A DNA stretch of 64,000 nt from Macrostomum hystrix (taxonomy: Eukaryota; Animalia; Platyhelminthes): NCBI GenBank assembly GCA_950097015.1, contig CATNEN010000001.1:13640001-13704000 (forward strand), written 5' to 3'. Made by a program: the position numbers and the translations under genes. Below are positions 11,146 to 22,200 of this stretch, piece after piece. Every line of letters starts with the position of its first letter. Positions within the stretch are counted from its first letter, which is position 1. Under the pieces are notes generated by a model. It was given only the letters and a program-made list of their open reading frames with translations, was not told where the DNA came from and made no database searches.

Positions 11146-12208
11146 ATGGATAAGATTTTCTTTAACCCCGAGCAGCCGGCCAGTTTTTCTGGACGCAATA
11201 AAGTTGTGCATGAAGTCCGAAAACAAGGGAGTCATGTCAGTGAAAACGCAGTAAAGAACTGGCTTAATGAACAGGTAGTTTACACACTGCATAAGCCAGC
11301 AAGAAGAAATTACCCTCGAGCGCCAATTGTAGTCAGAAGCATAGATGATCAATGGGAACTAGATTTGGTTGAGATGATTCCGTTCTCGAAGTACAATAAT
11401 GGATACAAGTACATTCTTACATGCATTGATGTACTGTCCAAGTTCGCCTGGGCAAAGCCACTAAAAAACAAATCTGCAGCCGAAGTGAGATCTGCATTTG
11501 ACGCCATTCTGAAGGGCACAAAGCGCAGGCCGCGAACAGTTCGCTCCGATCAGGGCAAGGAATTTGTAAACGCGAGTTTCCGTCAGTATTGCATTTAAAA
11601 CAAAATTCTTCCATTTAAAACTAACAGCGAGCAAAAAGCCTCGATTGTGGAAAAATGGAATCGAATGAAAACAAAATGTGGCGCTTTTTCACCCACAACA
11701 GCACCCTGCACTGGCTGGACGTGCTACCCAAGCTGGTGAAGTCTTACAACAGTACTTACCAAAGAAGCATCAAAATGACCCCCACGAGTGTCTGTAAGGA
11801 AAATGAGTCTGAGGTGTGGATGAACCTGTACGATGGGAGAGCGATTGAGACTGTGGAGAAACTGAGGAAGCCTAAGTTTAGCGAAAACCAGTCGGTGCGG
11901 ATTTCCTATGCACCCGACTGTTCAGGAAAGGATACAAGGCCAATTGGAGTGAGGAGGTGTACAATGTGGTGTCCAGGGCTCCGAAGCATTATCCCTACAT
12001 GTACAAGATTCGCGACATGAGGGGGGAAGACATCCAAGGACTCTTTCATGAGCATGAACTCCAAGCTGTTTCGGACTCCCAGCGACTTTATGTGATTGAA
12101 AAGATTCTAAAGACTGAGAAGCGGAAGGGAAAGATTCGCTATCTCGTAAAGTGGGCCGGCTACAACTCGACTGGCTGGGTGGATGAGAAGGACTTAAGAA
12201 AGATATAG
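11146..12208 (+). pseudogene. Maverick retroviral-like integrase with C-terminal chromodomain, frameshifted
   Basis: YTLHKPARRNYPR, QWELDLVEM, YKYILTCIDVLSKFAW, VRSDQGKEF, KASIVE, YNSTYQRSIKMTP; C-terminal YVIEKILK..RYLVKWAGY..WV chromodomain; several frameshifts and stops. Confidence 0.9.
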
Positions 12209-12243
12209 ATATCTAAGTTATTTTAATATTTTAATTTTGAGGA

Positions 12244-12856
12244 ATGAGCAGCATCGTAATAAACAGTGAGCATGCAGAAGGTTCTTCTAGTAACTTTAAT
12301 TTTCGCCTGTCTGCACCTATATACTTGGATCGAAATGTGGACTATGAGGCAGGTCTGGCTGAAATCCATCTGCATGGCTCAATGTTGACGAGCCTTACTG
12401 CTTCACAGTCTCAGATGGAAGAGAGCATGAGGCCCTGGCTCTTCAACCCGGACGCTTTGGCAGAGTGGAGGAGCTGGTGGAGCGGTTGAACGAGCTGCTA
12501 GTCAACTCTGAGTCACTGTTCTTTGATGCCATGAGCGATAGAGAGTCTGAGATGGAGGCTGATGAATCTGGCCTGATGAATCGGGCCTGATGGCTCGCAG
12601 CAATAAAGATTTTGAGATAAAGTTTGAAATTCAGAATCAAAGAACAGTGATGCACAACAATACCGCACGAGCAGAGTTGTATCTTCCTCCAAGCAAAATC
12701 CTGCAGTGGTTGGGATTTGGAAACCAATCAAAATCCCAACTGGACGCCACGTGTCAAGCTGTTGCATCGGCTGTCCGCCCACCAACCTGGTCAATGTGCA
12801 CTGCAGCCTTGTTGAGTCAACAACCTGCAACTGGGACTCCCTGCTGCGAAATATGA
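12244..12856 (+). pseudogene. Maverick minor-capsid (penton)-like gene remnant
   Basis: N-terminus SSNFNFRLSAPIYLD..YEAGLAEI and downstream NLVNVHCSLVES..SLLR resemble Polinton minor capsid motifs; lies just after the integrase; broken frames. Confidence 0.6.
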
Positions 12857-12859
12857 TGT

Positions 12860-13838
12860 GGGTTTGTGCAGGAGCCCATTACTGTGCTTATGACACTGCC
12901 GCATTAGCACTGTGGAGATAGGAAAGCAATGTAAAAGGATAGGAGCGGGGCCTACACAGTGGAGATATGCAGGCCAATCAGGTGGGTTTGTGCAGGAGCC
13001 CATTACTGTGCTTATGACACTGCCGCATTAGCACTGGGGAGATAGGAAAGCAATGTAAAATGATAGGAAGGAAACGAATGCACTGCAGAGATAAGAGAAA
13101 TGGCTGGCCTATCTCTGTGCATTAGGGATGGATTAACACTGCAGGGATAGGAAGAGAGGCCGGCCTATCTCTTTGCGCTGGGGGGATTAACACAGCAGAG
13201 ATAGGAGTAGAGGGGGGTGTGGGGGCGAAGCCCTCACATTTTAATTAGCCTTTAATTTTCTTGGTCACTCTGCCTCTGACAAACGGAACTCGCTGGCGCT
13301 GGCCCATTCAACCTCCAAGCAGCTGCACTGAGAGAACGTTAAATGCTACCTTGATGTCTGTGATGCAGGTCATTGCAAGGTCCTGCCTTGCTGGTCTATC
13401 TCTCTCTTTGCATTGGGGGTGGGTTAACACTGCAGGGATAGGAAGAGAGGTTCCGCCTATCACTTGGCACTGAAAATAGTCCTCGGAAATTCAGTGGGTG
13501 AACAAACGCCTATGTGTTTGCATAGTGGACTCTGTTGCAGGTAAATCTGTCTGAGAGGGAGAGAGAGAGGCAGTCAGTGCAGTCTGATAAACCGATTGAT
13601 TATTCAGTTCCACTCCTCCAATGGAATTTCACTTTTGCTCTGGTCTCTCATATTTTTTCATATGAAGACAACAACAAAACAACTGTTGGCCTGGGGAAAA
13701 CAGTGAAACCACCATCTGTTTGCGGTGGGTATGGGCAACACTGTAGAGATAGGACAGTGGATGCGTAGCATAGATACATAAATTCAGCCTAATGTTATTA
13801 TAAGTTTTCTTAGTATTACAAGTGTATATGCGCCCACA
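12860..13838. repeat. Internal block of TIR-related Maverick repeats
   Basis: Contains GCCGCATTAGCACTG..GAGATAGG units also found in the TIRs; ~13024-13838 recurs directly at ~30766-31590 (identical ORFs 13535-13768 and 31287-31520). Confidence 0.85.
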
Positions 13839-13880
13839 GTCTCACCCACCCCATTACGTTAACCCACACCACTCCGCTGG

Positions 13881-13887
13881 TATATAA
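13881..13887 (+). promoter_or_regulatory. Candidate TATA box of the PC4-like gene
   Basis: TATATAA about 83 bp upstream of ATG 13970. Confidence 0.35.
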
Positions 13888-13969
13888 GGGTGGGGATTTT
13901 TTATTATCGTAAAGAGAGGATTTCTGTTAAACTAATAGCCATTTCGTCACGGAAGTTTGACCTGCTACC

Positions 13970-14132
13970 ATGGATCTTAGCGACGGCTTCAAAGTTCAAG
14001 TGCAGGAGTATGAAGGCAATAGATTCATCGCTATCCGGCGCTTCTACTCTTCTGACGGGGAGCTGAAGCCTGGAATCCCGGGATTCAACTTAAACGTACA
14101 CCAATGGGAGAAGCTGAAGCAGCTAAGGCGCC
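13970..14132 (+). pseudogene. PC4/Sub1-like ssDNA-binding gene, 5' part (interrupted by LINE)
   Basis: KVQVQEYEGNRFIAIRRFY..GELKPGIPGFNLNVHQWEKLK fits the PC4 fold signature; removing the LINE joins it in frame to 27494-28089 (759 nt, 252 aa). Confidence 0.8.
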
Positions 14133-14250
14133 TTGACTTACTTGACTTAGCGGCAGGGGGCCTCCATGACGGACGCAGCGAGGAGGCGGCTGGTGCCGCC
14201 CATATCGCTAACCCCTGGCAGCCAGACGGCCTCCAGCGAGGCGGTGCCGC

Positions 14251-17200
14251 TCAGGGTGGTCCGTCGGTCGGTTCCGCCGCGCGATCTTCCTCGCCATAGG
14301 CTGGGAAGAAATCAGCTCGGCCGGTATCCCGGAGGAAGTGGGCGAGCTGTGGGATGTTCTCGGGCGAGCAGGCTTCGGCAAGAGTCGGTGCCGGCCCGAG
14401 GTGCTTTAGCCTAGCCCGGGTGAAAGCCGGGCAGTGGCAGATGAAATGCTCGGCGTTTTCACGGCCGGAGCAGCAGAAGGGACACGTTTCCTCAGGCACG
14501 TGGCCTTGGAGGTAGCGGTGTCTGGTGAAGCAGCCATGTCCCGAAAGGGCCATGGTGACTGCTCTCAGGTCTCTGCGGTTTAGCCTGAGTAAGGCCTTAC
14601 GCAGGTTGCTAGAGGGGGTTGGCACCGCAGCCCTGGACTGGCGACAGTTCAGGGTGCTAGACCACCTCCTCCGGTGCTGGGTCTCCATCCAGTGGTTGAT
14701 GCTGGAGTTGACAACGGAGATGGGGATCGGGGATTCCGGGCCCGGGCCCATCAGGGAGCTGGCTGCTCCAGCCTTTGCAAGCTGGTCCGCCATCTCATTC
14801 CCTGTGAGCCCGGCGTGCCCAGGGATCCACATCAGCTCCACCTTGTTAGACTGCGCCAAACCGTTTAGCTGGGTGTTGCAGTCCAAGGTGGTTCTGGAGC
14901 GAGAGGTGCAGCGACTGAGGGCCTTGAGGGCTGCTTGACTGTCGGAGTGAAAGAAGATCCTCCGACCAGCCAGCTGCCTCTGGCGCAGCTCAGCCGCACA
15001 GAAACTGATGGCGAGCATTTCGTTTTGGAAAACGCTTGAGCTCTTGCCACAGTATTGGGAGTGGGTACAGAGGACCTCGCCACCCGAGGCGACGCACACC
15101 CCGAATCCCGATTTACCGTTCATCAGGGAGCCGTCAGTGTAACAATGGACTGCGGGGTCATCCCAGCAGTCCTTTACCTCATTGCGAGGGAAGATGCTGA
15201 CTTTGTACCTGTGGCTCCGGAGTAAAGTAGCCGGGGCCCCGTCCGAAAGGACGGTGAGCCCTCCGCACTCGCCCAGAGTTTTCAGGCAGAGGTCAGAGTG
15301 GGGCAGAAGGGAGCGCTTCGAGAAGGCTCGCGAATTCTGGAAGGATACACCCGCATCAAGGAGACGACGGGTGGACTTTGCCGCTTCCCCCTTAACAAAA
15401 ATGTCAATGGGTGTAGCGTTGAGGAAAGCGTTCATGCCTTCAAAGGGAGTGGAGGGTGGGGCGCCCAGCGTCATACGACAGGCTCTGCCCTGTACCCTAT
15501 ATAGCGCCTCCAGGTTTTTCTGGATGCTCATGGCACTGGCCCAGATGAGGCCAGCGTAAGCGACTGACGGTCTAATGATCGCCGTGTAAATCCACCAAAG
15601 GTTTTTGGGGGTTAGCCCCCAAGTGGTGCCCACGGCTCGCCTGACTTGCGCCAGAATGGCCAGGGCCCTCTTGGCCTTTGTGTTGATGTGCGGGGTCCAG
15701 TTAAGCCTATGGTCTAGCAGGAGACCAAGGCACCGGACCTGCTTTTCCATGGCAATATTCTTGCCATAGAGAGTCAGAGGCTCAATGGTCCAGCGCAGTC
15801 TGCTGGTAAACATAACCGCAACGGTCTTGGACTCAGAGAGTCGGAGCCCGCATTGGTCCGCCCAGCGCACCGCCCTGTTGATAAAGCCCTGAATGAGGTC
15901 CCTGGTGGTTTCCGCCGAGGGGCCCGCGCAGATGGCGGTCACATCGTCTGCATATCCCACCTTCAGGACTGGGTCAGGCCGAGTGCTTTTTAGCAGCTCA
16001 TCCATGACGAGATTCCACAGCAGTGGGGTGAGGACGCCGCCTTGGGGCCCTCCTTTTAGGACAGGTGCCGAGAGCACCCTGCCTTCGAGGTGGGCCACCA
16101 CGTGGCGATTCCGGATCATGTACATGACCCAGCGGACGAGGTGGGGGTGAGTGGCCCTGGAAACCAGGGCCTTCTCAAAGGCTTCGAAAATAACGTTATC
16201 GAAGGCCCCCTCAATATCAAGGAAAACAGCCAGGGCAAAACCGCTGCCCAGCACTGCCTTCTCGAGAGTCTCCACAATGCAGTGGAGGGCGCTCTCCGTG
16301 GACCGGCCCGCCCGAAAGGCGTGATGGTTTGGTGAGAGCGGGGCCCGCCCTAGCTCTACAGTAAGAAGGCGCCAGAGCACCAGTCTTTCCATGAGCTTGA
16401 GGCAGGTGGAAGTCAAACTTATCGGGCGATAAGACTTGACCGAGCGATAGTCGCCTTTGGCGGGCTTCGGGATGAAGACGACCCGGGCTTCATGCCACCG
16501 CGCTGGTACGTAGCCCAACACGATGCAGGCCCGTAGAAGTCTGCAGAGGAGATGGAGGAAGCGGCCATTTTTTACCGCTTCATGCAGAAAGGCCGGATAT
16601 ATACCATCTGGCCCAGGTGCTTTAAAAGGATTGAATGACTTAGCCGCGCGAACGATGCGGTCATTTGTAACGAGTGACTGAGCCAGGCCCTGACCTCCAC
16701 GCGAGTGGTCGTCTGGGCCGAAGTGCGCCGGTACACTCGGGAAGAAGTGCTCTAGCATAAGCTCGAGCGTTTCCTCCGGGCGCTCCGTGATCGAGCCGTC
16801 CGGCTTTTTGATCGATGATAGCTTGGAGAAGCGGTCGTTGGTGAGCGCCTTTACCACGCGGGCCGTGGGCCGCGAGCCCTCAAGCCCTTCGCAGTATTGT
16901 CGCCACTTGTCCGCTTTTGCCCTTCTGACCCGGCCCTTAAACTCATGGATGGCGCGAGTATAGGCCTCTTTGTCATTAGGGTCGTGCGAGGTTTTCAGCT
17001 TCCTCTGGAGAGCCTTAGCTCGGCGTCTTAGGACTCCGAGCTCGGGGTTCCACCAGGGGGCCGATTTTTTGCCTTTGTAGGCTTTGAGCGGGCAAGCCAT
17101 TTCGTAGGCCTCTGTGATGGCGCCGCCCAGCAGGGCAGCCACTCCATTCAGGTCCTGCGTGGTTTCCATGGCCATGGAGGGGTCAGAATCCCGAAGGCCC

Positions 17201-17339
17201 TCATGCAGCTTTTGGCTGAACGCGGGCCAGTCGGTGTTTCTGACATTACGCCTCCAAATAGGCTTTTGCTTCTTATCGGGGGTGCCGATGTTGAAGCGGA
17301 TGAAACGGTGGTCCGAGAGCGAGCTTTCGGTCTCCCACA
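14251..17339 (-). CDS. LINE ORF2 C-terminal part: end of APE, reverse transcriptase, RNase H, zinc finger
   Basis: [45 protein letters not shown]; RNase H YTDGS..E..SDSQAAL..WIPGH..GNEMAD; CPFCC..EHFICHC. Confidence 0.93.
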
Positions 17340-18001
17340 TGTGACGATTAAACACAAAGGACGAAGTCGAAGTCTGAGCAGCGGCAATTGTAAGTTCGGC
17401 AATTCAAAGTCAGTAATGTGGGTGACGTAGCGGTAGCACTTTTATTCTGTATGCACTGGGACGTCGACAAGCAGGGCGTAATGTAAGGCGTAGGAGCTCG
17501 TAATGGTGAGTGTCAGAACCGAATGTAGTGGAGTGTAGTGAGTGAGAAAAGTCACGGCATGAAACGTAGAAGAGCGAGAATGGCGATAACGAAAGTGAGG
17601 AAGAAAGAACCAGTGGAGCGCAGAACCAGCCGGAAAGAAAGAACCAGAACCAGTGGAGCGCGAGCGGGCCGGAAGCCCTTGGTTAAGTAAACTAGGCTGA
17701 TTGAAAAACAAAGCGATCGATACTTCCGGCCAGCCAGAGCTCGCACGCTCATTGGCCGGGGGGAAAATACATTAAGATACGCGTAGTAAATAGCTAGAAT
17801 GGCGCGATATACGTTTATGGTTACTGACAGTAGCGCACTAATAATTTGACTTACTAATATAAATTAACAGAATTGGATAATATTATACGATGAGTTAAAA
17901 CGGCCCTCGCAAGTACATAATTTGGAAATTAAGCATATAATCAACGCATAGAGTAATATTGTAGGGGCGCAGGGATGCCTTCAACAAGTGACAACGTCAC
18001 A
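17340..18001 (-). repeat. Gypsy 3' LTR
   Basis: Direct repeat of 26000-26661 (offset 8660). Confidence 0.97.
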
Positions 18002-18013
18002 CTCGCCTCTCCC
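18002..18013 (-). other. Polypurine tract
   Basis: GGGAGAGGCGAG on the minus strand immediately before the 3' LTR. Confidence 0.8.
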
Positions 18014-19252
18014 AAAAAGAGAAGGAGCAACAGCCGAATGGCGAGCGACGGTTAAACACAACGAGCGAGAGAGAGAGAGAAAATACAGATAGTACGCAAT
18101 GCTAAGGTCAAGGCCGTATCTGGGCGCGTGGAACTACCCGCACAAAATATGTAATGACATAATTAGTTATTATAAATTGCTAGACATCATGGAAACTATC
18201 AAACAGCGCGGCCGGAGCTGTAGTCCAACTCACAGGGCCATATCAATGGAGAAGATGCATGTTTTGACAACGCGTGGCTGAATATATAACAATATAAAAG
18301 TTGGTTAGGGAATATGACGCACTTGATTACGTAAAAATTACAGGACGCGATTCCAAACCGCAAAAAACGCACTGGAGACGGAAGCGAGACAGCGAATGAC
18401 GCAAAGAAGACAAAGATGCAGAGCGACGAAGCAAAGAGAGGTGAGGACAGCATCACGACGGCGTGCGCCCACAAGACGTCGAACGATTCAACGACTTAGA
18501 GTTGACTACGACAGCTAACGAGCTGCTTTAATTGGTTTGCGGCCAGCTTGGCTTGTGGCTTGTTGTCTTGTGTGCTTGTGACCGACTGTGTGTGGCATGC
18601 TGGATGATTGTGACTGACTGTGTGACTGTGTGGTAGTTTACGGTCATTCCGGACCACGACTGAACACTGGTGTGAGAAGCGGACCTGGATGGTCCCGGAC
18701 CAGGATGGTCCAACAGCGGCGAGACGAAAACGGACCTGGATGGCCCCGGACCAGGATGGTCCAACAACGGCGAGACGGAAACGGACCTGGATGGCCCCGG
18801 ACCAGGATGGTCCAACTGAGTGACAACACACGTGATAGTTTATGGTCATTCCGGACCGGCTGACTGGATGTGTTTGTTCGCTGAGAAACGCTCATGGCGC
18901 TCCGGCTTTCGAGGGCCGACACCGGCAAATGCCTTGCAGATGGGGTGTCTCACGCGCTCAAATGATTTTGGTAGTTTATGGTCATTCCGGACCACGACTG
19001 ACTGTGTGTGCTGACTGGTGGCAATGTTGTTGGCGTGAGTTGTGGTGCGATGTGCGTGAGTTGTGGTGTGAGTGCGTGAGTTGTGATGTGAGTGCGTGAG
19101 TTGTGGTGTGAGTGTGAGTTGTGGTGTGAGTTTGTTTGACTTTAAAGTACATTACCCAGCAACGCTGGTTTTCCCTTTTTCCCAGGAGACCGTCGGCCTG
19201 CTAATGCCGAAGGAGGTAGTTTAATGCCATGCCCAGGGCCACAACTGGCCCT

Positions 19253-22200
19253 TCAGTGCTGGCTACCCAGCCACTGAATTAGGTCGGAGACCTGGCAGGA
19301 GCGCGGTTTGACTTGGTACCGGCGGTACCTGATTGGTGGGCGGACTAATCGTCCTGATCTAGTCCTGACCTCAACTGCAGGCACTGGTGGTTCGGACACA
19401 GCCGATTCAGAAGTTTCTTCCACCAGCTCTTCCTGCTCTGAGCTAGCACTGGGGCTAGAGGTTGTACTGGGAGTGGTTCCAGTGCTGGTTCCAGTTCCAG
19501 ACTCTCCCGACGAAGGGGTCGAAGGGAGGGGTTCAGCGACAGCACCCGCCTCTCTTTCCGGAAGGCGTGAGGCCGGGGCTACAGATGTGGTTTGGTGTGG
19601 CAGAGTGACTAAATTGAAGTCGTCAGATGATAGCTTAGAGGTTGATTGGCTAGGTGTGGATTCTGATTGGCTGGACGTGATTGAAGAGGAGCCAGCATTG
19701 TTGGCTGGTCCGTAGCGATTGACTATATCTTGGTAAGATGGCTGTCTGATACAGGGCTTGAGCCTGTCTATGTTATAGATGTTGTGCTTCGGGTTTGGGA
19801 CCCGGTTGGATGGGTGGGTGAGTCCTAATTCAGGCGCTAAGCGATAAGTGCGTTCTGAGCAGCGCTGGATGACTTTATATGGTCCTAACCACACGGATGG
19901 TTCGATTCCCTTGTGGTTTGGGTTGAGCACCCAGACTAGCTCTCCCTCGTTAAATTCGGTGCGAAGGGCACTTCGGTCGTAATAGCGCTTTTGTCTCTGT
20001 TGGGCCTTGCCCCTAATATTGCGGGCTAAGGCTGAGACTTCGACTAGCGTCTTGTGGAGTTGGTGAGCGAATTGCTCTGGCTTATAGTGATCTCCCTTTG
20101 GAGGGTTGTGAATGAGGTCTAACGGTAGGTCGAGTTCATGACCTAGGAATAACTTGGCAGGTGAGAAGCCAGTTGATTCGGCTACTGTGGCTCTAATCGA
20201 CATCGCAGCGAGTCGGCCAGCAAGGGGCCAATCACATTGTCTTTCAAGGCAGATAGCCCGCATTTGAGCCTTGACTGTTTGGATCATACGCTCAGCCTTG
20301 CCGTTGGCTTGAGGTCGGCGAGCGGTGATTCGACCCATGTCGATTTGGAGTAGTCTAGTGAGTTCAGTGAGAGTGCTATTGATGAATGCGGTCCCGTTGT
20401 CAGACACCAGTTGTTCCATGGTTCCGTATCGGGCAACCCATTCCGTCAGGATGGTAGTGGCGGTAGTTTCAGCACCTACGTCTGGGACTGGGGTAACTTC
20501 CACGAACCCTGTGAAGCGGTCTACCATGACGAGTAGGTATTTGAACCCTTCTCGCTCCTCGAATGGTCCAGCGTGTCCAGCGTGGTCTACGTGGACCACT
20601 TGGTTTGGGTAGCCGGACAGTTCAGGCAGCATAGGGGCTTTCAGCTTGCGTTTAGACTTCTTTGTCCGTGCGCAGATGGTGCATTCGGCGAGGACGCCCT
20701 TGATGATGATGTCTAGATTGGACAGGGCGAAACGAGCCTTCAGAGCGGACATCGTCTTGGTGATTCCGCAATGATTCAGTTGGCGGTGATATTGTAGGAC
20801 GAGTTGGCTAACGTCTGCAGTTTCCGGAACTACAAGGCGTCTAGCGGCGGTTTTGGTCTTAGTCTTAGACGGTTTGACAAGGTAAAGGAGGCCTTCCATG
20901 ACCTCAAGGTCGGTGAGCTGTGTCCATAGCGAGCGAATCTCCCGGCTGCAACCTTGCAGCTCGGCCTTTGACAGGGGCGGCGACTTGCCCTGGATGCAGT
21001 CGATTAGGCGGTGCAGGTCAATGCACGAGTCCTGAGCATTCTGTGCCCATAGAACTTCCGGTGAGACCTCGGGCTTATTGGTTGGAGCGGTCGCGCTGGT
21101 GTTACTAGCCGTGGCACGGCTAGACTGTGGAGGAGCGGCACCGTCTGACGGTTCAACGGACCGGATAGCGGTTACTGGTGTCGGCAAAGGATTCGGTGTG
21201 GTCACCACGATGGTGTCGGTCTGACACGTGGCATCACAACACGTGGTTCCTATGCTTATGTGGCGCATTTGGACTGCGGGTTTCTTAGGTGCCTTGTGCT
21301 TAGGGTTCTTTGACTTGAACTTTTCTTGGAATTCCGGAATCCGACTGCAAGTGGGGCAATCGGAGTGGTCGGGTCGGAACTTCGGCAGTCTACTGAGAGC
21401 GTCGGCATTCACGTGCTCCGCACCTGGCCGATATTCTACAGTGAAGTCGTATTCAGCAATCCTTTCTAGCGTGGACTGCTGAACTTTGAGTGGATAGAGT
21501 TCGATGGTGGCTAGCCACTGAGCGAGCATGCCTGTGGCATGTTTCTTAGAATGTAACCACTTCAACGCGGCTGCGTCGACTCGAACAGTGAATGGTTTGT
21601 CTAACAGGTAAGTCCGGAAGTGTTCGAGCATGAGGACTAACCCCAACAGTTCGCGCATAGTAGCGCAATAGTTCTGTTGGCTGCCACTGAACTTCTTAGA
21701 GGCATAGGCTATGACCCTAGTCTGGCCATCTGCGCCTACTTGTGAGAGTACTCCCCCGGTACCTTCTAGGGAGCTGTCACAGTCAAGGATAAACTCACGG
21801 CCCGTAGCCGAAAGGTCAGGGTACGCCAAGATGGGAGGTGCGCAAAGCCTGCGCTTGAGCTCCTGGAAGGCGCGTTCGTGGTGGGGTAACCATACGAACT
21901 CAGCTTCCTTCTTAGACAAGGCGTACAACGGAGTGGCAATGGTGGAGAACCGCGGCACGAATTTGCGATAATAATTGGCGAATCCCAAGAATGAGAGAAG
22001 TTGTTTCTTAGAGACAGGTCTGGGCCAGTTCTGGACGGCTTGAGTCTTAGCAGGGTCGGCCTCGATGCCCTTGTTCGAGACTACAAATCCTAGGAAGGTT
22101 ACCTTGTCCTTGAACAATTCGCACTTGGATGGTTTGATTTTGAGGTTGGCCTTACGGAGTTGCCAGAGGACTAAGGCCAGGTGGGCGATCATCTGGTCAT

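Noticed and set aside
12860-13470. CRISPR-like array of repeated GCACTG..GAGATAGG motifs
   Set aside because: Eukaryotic context, degenerate repeats, non-unique spacers and no cas genes; these are Maverick TIR-related repeats.
17442-17752. Duplicated small ORFs (also 26102-26412)
   Set aside because: They lie inside the two LTRs; duplication reflects LTR identity, not genes.
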